From contig CALVKM010000002.1 of assembly GCA_944332705.1 (NCBI GenBank), forward strand, positions 10,746 to 74,745: a stretch of DNA of 64,000 nt, written 5' to 3'. Every line of letters starts with the position of its first letter. Positions within the stretch are counted from its first letter, which is position 1. Position numbers and translations under genes: made by a program. Shown here piece after piece: positions 9,417 through 20,249 of the stretch. Source of the stretch: an uncultured Bacilli bacterium. Its GTDB lineage: Bacteria; Bacillota_I; Bacilli_A; RF39; UBA660. The notes under the pieces were generated by a model. It was given only the letters and a program-made list of their open reading frames with translations. It was not told where the DNA came from and did not search any database.

Positions 9417-10481
9417 ATGGATAAAGTTATAAAAAGTGTACTTGATGAATTAAATAAAGAGTATGAGGCTTATCTCGTCGGAGGATATGTCAGAGATTAT
9501 TTACTCGGAATTAAAACTTATGATGTAGATATATGTACTACCGCTTTACCTAAAGATATTTATAGTATTTTTAATATTTGTGCCAATAATTATGGTGGGG
9601 CTAAGCTTATACTAGATAACTATAATATTGATATAACTACTTTTAGAAAAGATTCCCATTATAATAAAAGAAGACCTATGGAAGTAGAATATATTACTGA
9701 TTTAAAAACAGATTTAATGCGAAGAGATTTTACTATTAATACTATCTGTATGGATAAAGATGGCAAAATTATTGATTTGTTAAATGGCGTTAATGACTTA
9801 AATAACCGAACTATCAAAATGATCGGAGATAATATCGAGAGATTAGTCGAAGATCCTCTAAGAATACTTAGAGCTATTCGTTTTGCAACTGTTCTAGATT
9901 TTAATTTAGATGAAGAGTTAATTAAAGCTATAAAGAAAAAATATAAATTAGTTAACACTTTATCTAAAGATAGAGTTAAAGCGGAATTTAGTAAAATTTT
10001 AATGAGTCCAAATTATAGGAAAGGCCTAAAATTATGTGATGAATTTAAAATAAGTGAGGAATTAGGAATAGAATATGAAGATGTAGTTTATACAAAAGAT
10101 ATTATAGGTATGTGGGTTCAAGTAAAAATTTTTGATATCCCATTTACAAATGTTGAAAAAAGCAATATAATAAATATTACCGAGATAATAAATTATGGCA
10201 CTGTAAATAATGATACACTTTATAAATACGGTTTATATGCTAATATAATTGCTGGCATGATTATGAATATTAGCAGTAAAAGAATAAGTAGTATGTATAA
10301 AAAATTACCTATTAAAGATCGAAGTGATATTGCTATTAAAGGTAATGAAATTAGTGAATTATTGGGTATTTCTGGTAAAGATATTAATAATGTATATGAA
10401 AATTTAAAAGAATTGATATTGCATAAAAAGTTAAAAAATAAAAAAGGGGATATAATTAAATATTTATTAAAAAGGAAGTGA
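9417..10481 (+). CDS. cca: CCA tRNA nucleotidyltransferase
   Basis: VGGYVRD, D.DI, RRDFTIN, EDPLRILRA. Confidence 0.9.
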   Translation: MDKVIKSVLDELNKEYEAYLVGGYVRDYLLGIKTYDVDICTTALPKDIYSIFNICANNYGGAKLILDNYNIDITTFRKDSHYNKRRPMEVEYITDLKTDLMRRDFTINTICMDKDGKIIDLLNGVNDLNNRTIKMIGDNIERLVEDPLRILRAIRFATVLDFNLDEELIKAIKKKYKLVNTLSKDRVKAEFSKILMSPNYRKGLKLCDEFKISEELGIEYEDVVYTKDIIGMWVQVKIFDIPFTNVEKSNIINITEIINYGTVNNDTLYKYGLYANIIAGMIMNISSKRISSMYKKLPIKDRSDIAIKGNEISELLGISGKDINNVYENLKELILHKKLKNKKGDIIKYLLKRK

Positions 10482-10487
10482 AGTTTT

Positions 10488-11114
10488 ATGTTTAAAGATA
10501 ACAAAAAGTTTGTTTTAGAAAGTATTTTTATTAAAGAGGCATTAAAACAGGATTTATCTTTAAACGAATTTTTACTTTTGATGTATTTTGATAACTCTTT
10601 TGATTCTATTTTTAATATCAAAGTTATAGGTAAATCTTTATCTATGAGTGAAGATAAGATTTTGGAGGCTTATTCTAAATTAATGAGTAAGAAATTAATT
10701 AAGGTTAAAGCTGAAAAAGATGATGAAGGAAAAGTTGTTGAAAGAGTTAGTTTAGATAATTTTTATAATGAAATAAAAAGTGATAATAAAAAAGCTGAAA
10801 TTGAAAATAGTAGAAAGGATATATTTAGTGTATTTGAAAGTGAATTTGGTAAAACTTTATCAGCTATGGATTATGAAATAATTAATGCTTGGATTGATAA
10901 AGGATTTAGTGAAGATGTCATTATTGCAGCCCTAAAGGAAGCGGTTTATAATGGGGTATGTAGTTTAAGATATATTGATAAAGTTTTATATGAATGGAAT
11001 AGAAAAGGTTATAAAACAATTGATGAAGTCAATAATAGATTTAATGACGAATCTAGAGAAGATAAATTATTTGAAACAAGTATACTAAATTTTGATTGGT
11101 TAAATGAAAAGTAG
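10488..11114 (+). CDS. dnaD: DnaD replication protein
   Basis: FESEFGKTLS, ALKEAV, YIDKVLYEW; upstream of nth as in Bacilli. Confidence 0.88.
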   Translation: MFKDNKKFVLESIFIKEALKQDLSLNEFLLLMYFDNSFDSIFNIKVIGKSLSMSEDKILEAYSKLMSKKLIKVKAEKDDEGKVVERVSLDNFYNEIKSDNKKAEIENSRKDIFSVFESEFGKTLSAMDYEIINAWIDKGFSEDVIIAALKEAVYNGVCSLRYIDKVLYEWNRKGYKTIDEVNNRFNDESREDKLFETSILNFDWLNEK

Positions 11115-11721
11115 TGAAGTATTAGAAAAATTAGATTATTTGTATCCAGATGCTAGATGTGAACTTGAATATAACAAAGATTATGAACTTTTAATTGCCA
11201 CAATCTTATCAGCCCAATCAACTGATAAAAGAGTAAATTTAGTAACTAAAGTTTTATTTTCTAAGTATGATATCTTTAGTTTAAAAGATGCCAATTTAAG
11301 TGATATTGAAAAAATCATATATCCAGTTGGAACTCATAAAAGAAAAGCTGAATATATAAAGACAGTGGCAACTAGATTAGTTAATGATTACAACGGTACT
11401 GTTCCAAATGATAGAGCTTATTTAGAAAGCCTTCCTGGAGTAGGTAGAAAGACTTGTAATGTAGTATTATCTAATATTTATAATGTACCTGCTATTGCTG
11501 TAGATACTCATGTATCTAGAGTGTCTTTTCGCCTTGGCTTAACTAAAAGTGATGATGTATCTATTATAGAACAAGATTTAATGAAATTTTTTCCTAAGGA
11601 TAAATGGAGTAGAGTTCATCATCAATTAGTATTATTTGGTAGATACATCTGTAAAAGTAAAAATCCAGATTGTAATAATTGTCCATTTTATAAATGTATT
11701 TATTTAAAAAATAATAAGTAA
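11104..11721 (+). CDS. nth: endonuclease III
   Basis: LSAQSTD, LPGVGRKT HhH, AVDTHV, Fe-S Cys motif. Confidence 0.95.
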   Translation: MKSSEVLEKLDYLYPDARCELEYNKDYELLIATILSAQSTDKRVNLVTKVLFSKYDIFSLKDANLSDIEKIIYPVGTHKRKAEYIKTVATRLVNDYNGTVPNDRAYLESLPGVGRKTCNVVLSNIYNVPAIAVDTHVSRVSFRLGLTKSDDVSIIEQDLMKFFPKDKWSRVHHQLVLFGRYICKSKNPDCNNCPFYKCIYLKNNK

Positions 11722-11748
11722 CAAAAATCCAAGAAATATCTTGGATTT

Positions 11749-12186
11749 TTAACTTCTATTTAATATTTTATCAATTGAAACATTATAGTTTTTTGCTAAA
11801 GTAATTAAGGTAGTGGTAGTAATTAAAGTTTTACCATTTTCATATGCCCAATAAGTAGATTGATTAATATTGAGCGATTCTGCAAAAGGAAGTTGAGCCA
11901 TATTTAGTTTTTTTCTTAAATCTAATAAATTCTTACCAACAGCTTCTTTATTTAATTCCTTATTACAAAATACTTTATGTTTTTTATTAAGTCCCACTAA
12001 GTAATCTATATTTATTTGATAATATTCTGCCAGTTTATATAGTTGTAGAGTAGGTATAGTATCACTTCCACATTCCCAACTAGCATAAGTTCCTCTTTTA
12101 ACATTTAATATTTGAGCTATATCTTCTTGAGTTAATTCTAATTCATTCCTTATATTTTTCAATGCTTCAAAATTCATTAATCCCAC
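11749..12186 (-). CDS. double-HTH XRE regulator
   Basis: Two tandem XRE domains; divergent from 12284. Confidence 0.85.
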   Translation of the reverse strand: MGLMNFEALKNIRNELELTQEDIAQILNVKRGTYASWECGSDTIPTLQLYKLAEYYQINIDYLVGLNKKHKVFCNKELNKEAVGKNLLDLRKKLNMAQLPFAESLNINQSTYWAYENGKTLITTTTLITLAKNYNVSIDKILNRS

Positions 12187-12283
12187 CTAGATAATTGTCT
12201 CATTAAAATATATTATTAACTAAATTTGCAGTTGTATACGATTAAATTATTTGCTATAATTTATATAAAGGTAGGTTGAAGTA

Positions 12284-13954
12284 ATGAAAAAGAAAGTAAT
12301 ATTGATAAGTAGTGTGTTATTAACATTAATAGTGGTAATTAGTACTATTTTTATTATTAATAAAAATAATTCTAATAATGAAACAGTAATGCAAGATAAA
12401 AAAGCAATTAATAATTCATTTCTAACATTAATGTTAGAAGATGAAACAGGTAATTATGTTAAATCTACATCTAATACATGGCCAAGTGGTAATTATGCTT
12501 TTAATGAGGAATTAAGTAGATGTGAAAATGGGGGAGAACTTAGATGGAATAGAGAAACAGGTATAGTAAATCTTTTATCTAATAAGTCTGATGCTTGTTA
12601 TGTATACTTTGATTTATATAATGTAGTAACTATTACAAATGTATTTGCAACAAAAACAACAAATAGTGTAACATTATCAGTAACAATAGATGCTGGAGAA
12701 AATCCAGTAGCTACATATTACTTTAGTATGGATGGAGGAAAATCATATCAAGAAAGTACAACATCTAGTTATACTTTTAGTAATTTAAATGATAATACAA
12801 CATATACTTTTCAAGTGTATGCCAAAGATACTCTTGGATATGAATCAAATGAAGAAGTAATAGAAGTAACAACAGATGCATATGTAAATCCTACAGTTAA
12901 CAGCGTAACAGCAACAAATGTAACAAATAACGCAATAACAGTAAGTGTATCAGCAACAGCAGGAACAAATAATATTCAAACATATATGTATTCGATAAAT
13001 AATGGAGCATACCAAAGTAGTAGTTCAAATACCCATACATTTAGTGGTTTAAATGCTGGAACAAATTATAATATAAGAGTGTATGTAACAGATACCAATG
13101 GAGTAGATTCAAATGTATATACAATAAATGCCGAAACCGATGATACAATATTGTTAGCAGATGTATGTAGTACTGGAACAAATTTAGCAACATGTTTAAA
13201 AAATTATTATAATGAAGCAGGAACAGAAATGTCTGGAATGTATTATCATACATCAAGTTTAGCTAATTCAGCCGCAGATAATAGTTACAGATATGCCGGA
13301 GCAAACCCAAATAACTATGTATGTTTTGGAAGTGATGCTGCAACATGTCCAAGTGCCAATTTATATCGAATCATAGGAGTGTTTGGTTCGGAAGTAAAAC
13401 TAATTAAAAACACGAGTTATGGGGAATTTTTTTGGAATGGTTCAGGAGAAAGTTCTTATAGTAGCAATTCATGGAATATTAGTAGTCTTAATAGAAGTGA
13501 ATTAAACCAAACTTTTTTAAATCGATTTTCAGCAAATTGGCAAGAAAAAATTTCGACTCACACGTGGTTTGTTGGTGGTATAAATTCAATAGATACACCA
13601 TTAAATATATATAAAGCAGAAAGTTTTTCGGGCAATTATGAATCATACAACTCTAAAATAGGGTTATTATATGCCTCAGATTATGGATTTTCTACTGAAA
13701 GTAGTAATTGGTCATTAGCTATGGGAATGACAAACTATAAAAATAATAACTGGCTGTATCAGGGAAATAATGAATGGACAATTACCCCAAATTCAAGTAA
13801 TAGTGAAAATGTTATGTTAATTAGTAGAAATGGTAATATAATTAATTATTTAGCATATGCTTCAGCATCTGTTAGACCTACATTCTATTTAACATCATCA
13901 GTTCAATATTTAAGTGGTACAGGAACATCTAAGAGTCCCATAAGGATTGCATAG
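12284..13954 (+). CDS. membrane-anchored surface protein, 2x FN3 + C-terminal CLec-like (SVRP.FYL) domain
   Basis: N-terminal TM, two FN3-like repeats, NNYVCFG/LYRIIG/IGL..SDYG/EWT/VRPTFYL motifs. Confidence 0.8.
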   Translation: MKKKVILISSVLLTLIVVISTIFIINKNNSNNETVMQDKKAINNSFLTLMLEDETGNYVKSTSNTWPSGNYAFNEELSRCENGGELRWNRETGIVNLLSNKSDACYVYFDLYNVVTITNVFATKTTNSVTLSVTIDAGENPVATYYFSMDGGKSYQESTTSSYTFSNLNDNTTYTFQVYAKDTLGYESNEEVIEVTTDAYVNPTVNSVTATNVTNNAITVSVSATAGTNNIQTYMYSINNGAYQSSSSNTHTFSGLNAGTNYNIRVYVTDTNGVDSNVYTINAETDDTILLADVCSTGTNLATCLKNYYNEAGTEMSGMYYHTSSLANSAADNSYRYAGANPNNYVCFGSDAATCPSANLYRIIGVFGSEVKLIKNTSYGEFFWNGSGESSYSSNSWNISSLNRSELNQTFLNRFSANWQEKISTHTWFVGGINSIDTPLNIYKAESFSGNYESYNSKIGLLYASDYGFSTESSNWSLAMGMTNYKNNNWLYQGNNEWTITPNSSNSENVMLISRNGNIINYLAYASASVRPTFYLTSSVQYLSGTGTSKSPIRIA

Positions 13955-13985
13955 CAAAAAATCAAGGGTTTATTCCTTGATTTTT

Positions 13986-16574
13986 CTATTCTAATCCAGT
14001 ATCTGGTTTTTCATCAGGTTCTGTTGGCTTATTTGGTTTATCATCGTCATCATCAGGTTTTGGATTTATTATATCATCAACATTAGAATCCATTCCCAGA
14101 TTAACTTTTATTTCTAAATTATCTGATGCGTTATTAGTAAATATTGAATAAGATGCTCTTATTACATAAGTTACTTCACCAGTTTCAGTAGGTCTTAATG
14201 TATAACTTGTATTAGATGTTTGACCAATCAATGTAAGTGTACCATTATTTTCTTGTTTATAAATTCGATATTCTACTGTACCTATATATGAGCTATTATA
14301 ACTTAATCTTTGTTCATAATACTTACTAGCTTGATTACCATAATAAGTATTAAAATGATCTTGTAAGTATGATGTATTTATTGCATCAGGTGTTTTAATT
14401 GCATCCCAAGTTAAATTTAATGTAGTTCCATCAAATGTATATTTTCCATTTGTTGGTGTATCTAATTTTTGATATCTTGTTGAAACATCAGTAGGTTCTG
14501 TACCTTCTTTAAATAATTCTACAGTTCTCATATCTTCCGGAGTATATTCACTAGCAAGTTGTAATGGGAAAGTTTCTTTTTCAATTTCTACTTCAATAAC
14601 CCCACTAGGTTTACTAAATGTTTTATTTCTTGAGTAAACCTCTGAACCAACAGCTTTCATTACTCCGGAACGAACACGATTACCAACAGATACTGTTAGA
14701 TAATTATCTTTTGATGTACTATCATAACCAATCCATAGTGCTATAGCATATTCTGGTGAGTAGGTAACATTCCAAGCATCTCTAGTTGCAGATGTTGGAA
14801 CACCATTATTTTCTGCCCAAGTTCTATCAACATTTGATGTACCAGATTTAGCAGCAATGTCTGTACCACTAACTTCTACACCTCCAACACCTGATTCAGC
14901 AGCAGATACTAGCATATCAGTTATCATATAAGCAGTTTCTTCACTCATAACTCTTGTTTGTTCATATTTATATTCATAAACTTCACCAGTTGTTAGGTTT
15001 TCAGCACTAGTAAATGAATAAGGTTCAATATAGTATCCTCCGCGGCCAAATGCCGCATATGCTGCACTCATTTCAATCGGAGATATTCCTTCAAAACCAC
15101 CAATTGATGCTGATTCATAAAGGTCAGTTCCATAATCAATTCCTAAACTATGAACGAAATTAGAGATATATTCAGGATTTTCATTGTATACTGCTTGAAA
15201 AGCTTTTAGGGCTGGAATATTTCTGGAATTAACTAAAGCTGTGCGCATGGTAATTAGTCCCATATATTGTCTATCTGAATTATTAATTGTTGTGCCATTA
15301 CTATATGTATAGGGTTCATCTAAGAAGTATGTTCCTGGAGAACCATTTAAATATTCAATGTAAGGACCGTAGTCAAATAATGGTTTTGCAGTTGATCCCG
15401 GTTGTCTTCGAATGGTTGCTCGGTTTGTACCTAAAGCTGAATAATTTCTACCACCAGATAGGGCAACTATTGAACCATCTTCAATACTGGTTATGGCCAT
15501 ACCTTCTTGAATAACATCATTTGGAAATTCATATAATTCGCCACTTTCTAATTGGTTTAGTACTTCTTGAACATCAGGATTAATTGTAGTAACGATTTTC
15601 ATTGGAACATAGAATGGATCTTGACCAGTTTTTTCTTGAACTTCATTCATTACATAATCGATAGCAGCTTGGTTAGTAGAACTAGATTCTTGTTCTGTAA
15701 GTAATGATTCAATAGGTATTGCTAAGGCTGCTTCTTTTTCTTCTTCAGTAATATAACCATGATTAACCATTAATGTTAAAACGGTTATTTGTCTATTTCT
15801 AACTCCTTCGGGATTAGAATATGGATTATATAGATATGGATTTTGGAACATTCCAGCGATAATTGATGCTTCTGCTAAAGTGATATCCGATACAGATTTT
15901 CCAAAATAATATTGACAAGCTTGTTCCACTCCATAAATTCCTGTTGAGTTGATACTTGATGCTCCTGCAAACCACATAGCATTAACATAAAATTCAATAA
16001 TTTCTTCTTTTGTATAATTACTTTCTACTTTAAATATAGCCATATATATATCAGTGAACTTACGAATTATACCTGCAAGACCTTCATCTTCTGAATTAGT
16101 ATAAACTTGTTTTACAAGTTGCATGGTTAGTGTTGATGCACCACCAGCAGAACTATTACCAAGCAATTGCCCAAATGCGGCTTTAACAAATCTTAAAACA
16201 TCCATACCTTTATGTTGAAAAAATCTAGAGTCTTCTGTAGCAATAATGGCATCAACTAAAACTTGAGGGAGTTCATCATATGTTACTAAAACTCTATCTT
16301 CGGCACCAACTCTAGCGAGTTCAGTAACACCATCATTATAATAAAGTACTGTTGATTCTTTTGAATATAATTCATCCCTATCAAAATTTGGTGATGTAAT
16401 AATTATATATAGAGCAAATACTAATATTAAAGTAACTATAGCAATACCTAGTATTAACAAACCCGATAATATAATAGTTTTTGTTTTCTTCGGTTTATTA
16501 GTATTTTCTGTACTTGTTTTTTTCTTTAATTTCGGTTTCTTTACCTTTAATTTACCAACTTTTATTTTTTTCAT
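13986..16574 (-). CDS. ponA: class A penicillin-binding protein 1A
   Basis: EDSRFFQH, GASTLTMQL, STAK, SRN, KSG motifs; coupled to recU. Confidence 0.92.
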   Translation of the reverse strand: MKKIKVGKLKVKKPKLKKKTSTENTNKPKKTKTIILSGLLILGIAIVTLILVFALYIIITSPNFDRDELYSKESTVLYYNDGVTELARVGAEDRVLVTYDELPQVLVDAIIATEDSRFFQHKGMDVLRFVKAAFGQLLGNSSAGGASTLTMQLVKQVYTNSEDEGLAGIIRKFTDIYMAIFKVESNYTKEEIIEFYVNAMWFAGASSINSTGIYGVEQACQYYFGKSVSDITLAEASIIAGMFQNPYLYNPYSNPEGVRNRQITVLTLMVNHGYITEEEKEAALAIPIESLLTEQESSSTNQAAIDYVMNEVQEKTGQDPFYVPMKIVTTINPDVQEVLNQLESGELYEFPNDVIQEGMAITSIEDGSIVALSGGRNYSALGTNRATIRRQPGSTAKPLFDYGPYIEYLNGSPGTYFLDEPYTYSNGTTINNSDRQYMGLITMRTALVNSRNIPALKAFQAVYNENPEYISNFVHSLGIDYGTDLYESASIGGFEGISPIEMSAAYAAFGRGGYYIEPYSFTSAENLTTGEVYEYKYEQTRVMSEETAYMITDMLVSAAESGVGGVEVSGTDIAAKSGTSNVDRTWAENNGVPTSATRDAWNVTYSPEYAIALWIGYDSTSKDNYLTVSVGNRVRSGVMKAVGSEVYSRNKTFSKPSGVIEVEIEKETFPLQLASEYTPEDMRTVELFKEGTEPTDVSTRYQKLDTPTNGKYTFDGTTLNLTWDAIKTPDAINTSYLQDHFNTYYGNQASKYYEQRLSYNSSYIGTVEYRIYKQENNGTLTLIGQTSNTSYTLRPTETGEVTYVIRASYSIFTNNASDNLEIKVNLGMDSNVDDIINPKPDDDDDKPNKPTEPDEKPDTGLE

Positions 16575-17128
16575 TATCTATCCTCCATAAATTGATCAAT
16601 TATTTTTAAATAATCTAATCCTTTTAAACTTAATTTCATTTCATAGGCGTTTTCTTCTAAATATTTATATGGAATACTTTTTCTATCGTTATTTTTTATA
16701 AAATCTAAGAAAACACTTCCCATTAATAAAAAATATTTATTATTCATCATAATTATTAAAAAAACTATACCTCCATGTTTATTTATATTATATATATGTT
16801 TAATTTGATGTGGATGGACATTACTTATTGGAAAAGCAGTCTTATTTTCTGTAACCTTAGCATCAAATTCTATGTAATATCCCTTGTAAAGTCCATTAAA
16901 ATCTAGGGTAGATGGACTTTTATAATAACCATCTTGTATTCTTTTACCTTTATTACTATACGCAACTTTTGTAACTCCAATAGGAGTTGGCTTTTTATAA
17001 ATATATGCTATATCATTATCCCGATAGTATTCATTAGTACTTTCAATTAATCCTTCTAAATCCATACCACGATTACTATATGTTGTAGTTTTTTGATAAT
17101 CTTTTTTAATGTTGTTTGGATATAACAA
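16574..17128 (-). CDS. recU: Holliday junction resolvase RecU
   Basis: NRGM.LE, KKPTP, STLDFNG, EFDAK, HQI. Confidence 0.95.
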   Translation of the reverse strand: MLYPNNIKKDYQKTTTYSNRGMDLEGLIESTNEYYRDNDIAYIYKKPTPIGVTKVAYSNKGKRIQDGYYKSPSTLDFNGLYKGYYIEFDAKVTENKTAFPISNVHPHQIKHIYNINKHGGIVFLIIMMNNKYFLLMGSVFLDFIKNNDRKSIPYKYLEENAYEMKLSLKGLDYLKIIDQFMEDR

Positions 17129-17282
17129 AATAAATCACCTCTATAATTATACCACATATTGAATTTTTAAAAAACCACTTATAATTAATTAATTATAATT
17201 TGACAATAAAACTTTTGTCGATATTTGTCGATGTTAATGCATTTATTTAAAGTTTATAGTACAATAATTTCAGGTGATTATA

Positions 17283-17381
17283 ATGAATATAAATTATTTT
17301 TTAAATGCGATGTTAGAAAAAATTGATTGGGCAATACTTAATACTTATTTAGTGGATAAGAAAAAAAGAAAGAAAAAGTAA
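17283..17381 (+). CDS. putative small protein (32 aa)
   Basis: AGGTGA SD; MNINYFLNAMLEKIDWAILNTYLVDKKKRKKK. Confidence 0.4.
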   Translation: MNINYFLNAMLEKIDWAILNTYLVDKKKRKKK

Positions 17382-17445
17382 ATTTTTGGCATATTGACAA
17401 ACATATCTAAAATAGTATATAATTTTCTTGTTAGAAGGTGATATT

Positions 17446-17772
17446 TTGTATAATGATAGGTTCTATTTAACACCACAAGAAATATTGGAAAAAGAATTTA
17501 AGGTGGATGCCAGGGGATATCGGCCTCAAGAGGTTGATAAATTTTTGGATATGGTTATTAGAGATTATACAGAATATGCAAATATTATTAAAAAATTAGA
17601 AAAAGACATTAAGAATCTAATGGAAGATAATTCTAAATTGAAACAAGAAATTAGAAGATTGCAAAGTGAAGTAGATTCTACTAGTAATGCCCCATCAAGG
17701 AGTATTAGTAATGTCGACCTTCTAAAAAGAATTAGTAATTTAGAAAAAATTGTTTATGGTAATAATGAATAA
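17446..17772 (+). CDS. gpsB: cell division regulator GpsB (DivIVA family)
   Basis: EILEKEFK..RGY..EVDKFLD and DLLKRISNLEK.V.G; recU-gpsB-rnpB synteny. Confidence 0.92.
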   Translation: MYNDRFYLTPQEILEKEFKVDARGYRPQEVDKFLDMVIRDYTEYANIIKKLEKDIKNLMEDNSKLKQEIRRLQSEVDSTSNAPSRSISNVDLLKRISNLEKIVYGNNE

Positions 17773-18118
17773 TTCTTGGGCAAATGCTGCATATATTGTA
17801 ATGTAGAGGAAAGTCCATGCTCACACAAGCTGTGATGTTTGTAGTGTTCGTGCCTAGGGAAAAAATAACCTAGGGTAGCTTTTGCTAACGGCTTCGAGGA
17901 AACCTGTCAAATGGTTTTAGTAGATATAAAAGTGCCATAGAGACGAGTTAGTTTGGAAACAGACTAAGTGGAACGCGGTAAACCCCACGAGTGAGAAACC
18001 CAAATTATGGTCGGGGAGTTCTATTTCGGGAATCAAACTGAAATAGGGCCTGCTTGCAGGAGATAAATATTTGCCACTTTCATAACCTGAAAGTACAGAA
18101 CATGGCTTATAAAGAATT
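17771..18118 (+). ncRNA. rnpB: RNase P RNA, class B
   Basis: GAGGAAAGTCCATGC, AGTGCCA.AG, GGTAAACCCC, ACAGAACATGGCTTA conserved regions; ends pair. Confidence 0.93.
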
Positions 18119-18151
18119 ATTTTTTTATTTTCATAAAAAAGGAGTGAGATT

Positions 18152-18634
18152 TTGAACGAGATTGGTGAGTTGCTCAAGGAGACCAGAGAATCATCAGGTG
18201 TTAGTTTGAATGAAGCAAGTAAAGATTTAGATATTAAAGTAGAAATGTTGGAAAATATTGAAGATGGTCGAACTGGAGCATTTAAAGATATTTTTGAGCT
18301 AAAAGAATATATTACAAGTTATGCTAAATATTTAGGTTTAGATGAGAAAAGTCTAATAGATGAATTCAATGAATATATGTTTGAATATACTTCTAAGATA
18401 CCAGTAAAAGATATTGAAAAAACTATTGAATTAAAATTAAAAGAAGAAAAGAAAGAAAATCATGATGAAGTTGCATCACCTTATACTAGGGAAAGTAAGA
18501 AATATAATAGTTGGGTATATATTGTAATTTACGTTTTTATATTTTTAATGATATGTATTGCTGTATTTTGGTCAGTTAAACAAGTAACAATTAATAAAAA
18601 TGTAACAGATACAATAAGTTATGGAGGAAAGTAG
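18152..18634 (+). CDS. RodZ/YmfM-like HTH membrane protein (short)
   Basis: IGELLK..RE HTH, YAKYLGLD, C-terminal TM; upstream of pgsA. Confidence 0.75.
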   Translation: MNEIGELLKETRESSGVSLNEASKDLDIKVEMLENIEDGRTGAFKDIFELKEYITSYAKYLGLDEKSLIDEFNEYMFEYTSKIPVKDIEKTIELKLKEEKKENHDEVASPYTRESKKYNSWVYIVIYVFIFLMICIAVFWSVKQVTINKNVTDTISYGGK

Positions 18635-18635
18635 T

Positions 18636-19247
18636 ATGAATTTACCAAATAAAATAACAATAGCAAGAATTATAATGGCAGTAATAATTTTAGTAATAAT
18701 GTTAGTACCATGGTATTCTCTAGGAGTTGAATGGCCAGTTTATCAAGTAGGAAATGTTTCCCAAGTTGATTTAAAATACATTGTTGTAGGAATTTTATTT
18801 TTAATTGCATCTTTATCAGATTTTTTAGATGGCCACATTGCTCGTAAGAATAATTTAGTTACAGACTTTGGTAAAGTAGCAGATGCAATTGCTGATAAAG
18901 TATTAGTAAATGGACTTTTAATAGTACTTGCTTATTACCGTGTTATTTCTGTAGTTATACCGGTAGTTATTATAACTAGAGATATAGTAGTAGATTCTTG
19001 TAAAATGATTAGTGGCAACAAAGGTAAAGTCGTTGCGGCTTCCATCCTTGGAAAACTTAAAACAATTTGTATGATGGTTGGTTTAACCTTAACTTTATTT
19101 TACAATCTACCATTTGAACTTATTGGACTGCCAATTGCTGATTTATTTTTAATCGCTGCAACAATTCTTTCTGTTGTATCTGGTTGTCAATATTATTATA
19201 ATTCACGAGAATTTTTATTTCCTAAAGATTCTAAAAGGGCAAAATAA
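18636..19247 (+). CDS. pgsA: CDP-diacylglycerol--glycerol-3-phosphate 3-phosphatidyltransferase
   Basis: MNLPNKIT, DFLDGHIAR..VTDFGK..D..ADK, GKLKT. Confidence 0.93.
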   Translation: MNLPNKITIARIIMAVIILVIMLVPWYSLGVEWPVYQVGNVSQVDLKYIVVGILFLIASLSDFLDGHIARKNNLVTDFGKVADAIADKVLVNGLLIVLAYYRVISVVIPVVIITRDIVVDSCKMISGNKGKVVAASILGKLKTICMMVGLTLTLFYNLPFELIGLPIADLFLIAATILSVVSGCQYYYNSREFLFPKDSKRAK

Positions 19248-19323
19248 GTTGCCTTTTTTTTGTACTATATCCTAGACACATTTCTAAAATACTCATAATA
19301 TACACTAGAAAGGAATGTTGATA

Positions 19324-19656
19324 ATGAATTATTTTAATGAAAAAAGTTATGAAGATGTAAATGCTAAGGCTTATGATAAAAAAGCTATGGGAGAACATAC
19401 TACTTGTTCTAGTGGTATGAATATGAACATGAATATGGGTATGGATATGGGAATGAATTATGATTGTGGTTGTATGCCAGTTTATGAATGCCCTAGGGAA
19501 AGAGTATGTCATAGATATATTTGCTACAATGTACCCCACATTATTCCCTGCAACACGAGAATTATAAATCATCATGTATATAGACATACTTATGAGCCAG
19601 CTTATACTTGTTGCGAAGAAAATGTTTGTGAAAATGTCTTTGACAGATGCTGCTAA
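19324..19656 (+). CDS. Cys/His-rich spore coat protein (CotD-like)
   Basis: VPHIIP..T..INHHVYRH motif; sigma-K-like AC-N16-CATAATATA at 19276-19302. Confidence 0.6.
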   Translation: MNYFNEKSYEDVNAKAYDKKAMGEHTTCSSGMNMNMNMGMDMGMNYDCGCMPVYECPRERVCHRYICYNVPHIIPCNTRIINHHVYRHTYEPAYTCCEENVCENVFDRCC

Positions 19657-19740
19657 AAAGGTATGAATTTACCTTTTTATTTTGAAATATTTGCATTTTT
19701 CTAAAAAATATGTTATTATAATCCCTGTTAAGGGGGATAT

Positions 19741-20169
19741 ATGCAAAAAATTAGTGATTTGAATGTTGTTAAAAATCTTTTAATTGATATGTATGATAAT
19801 GGTATTGAAGAAAATGGTGTAGTTAGAAAAATGGATATATTAGATTATTATGCCATTTGTGATATTGATATTCGTAAATTAAATATTGTTTTAAGAGAAG
19901 CTGGTATTCCTAAAAATAACCATGAAAATAGTGTTATTAATCAGCTTGCAATAAAATATGGTGGTATAGTTTTATCTGAAGAAGATTTCTTTAAAAGAAT
20001 TCAAAGTGAAAAATTAAGTATTGCAGGTATTGAAATAACAGATGAAATTAAAATGGAAGTTATGAATTATTTTAAAGAAAACAATATACCATTAGTATAT
20101 AAAAATTATCATTATTACATAAGAAGATTAGTAGCAAACATCTTACAAGAAGAATCAAGAAGTCGTTAA
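19741..20169 (+). CDS. hypothetical protein
   Basis: ORF with SD, own promoter and terminator. Confidence 0.65.
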   Translation: MQKISDLNVVKNLLIDMYDNGIEENGVVRKMDILDYYAICDIDIRKLNIVLREAGIPKNNHENSVINQLAIKYGGIVLSEEDFFKRIQSEKLSIAGIEITDEIKMEVMNYFKENNIPLVYKNYHYYIRRLVANILQEESRSR

Positions 20170-20249
20170 GGCTTCTTTTTTTCTATATTTCATAAATTTA
20201 CCATGGAAATATAAATTATTTTATTATATAATTATTATGGGTGGATAAA

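Noticed and set aside
13748-13890. C-terminal tip of 12284-13954 as DGR template or active VR
   Set aside because: AT-rich with many A-ending codons; differences from 7946-8101 are not confined to adenines
17917-18177. 86-aa minus-strand ORF
   Set aside because: Antisense to RNase P RNA
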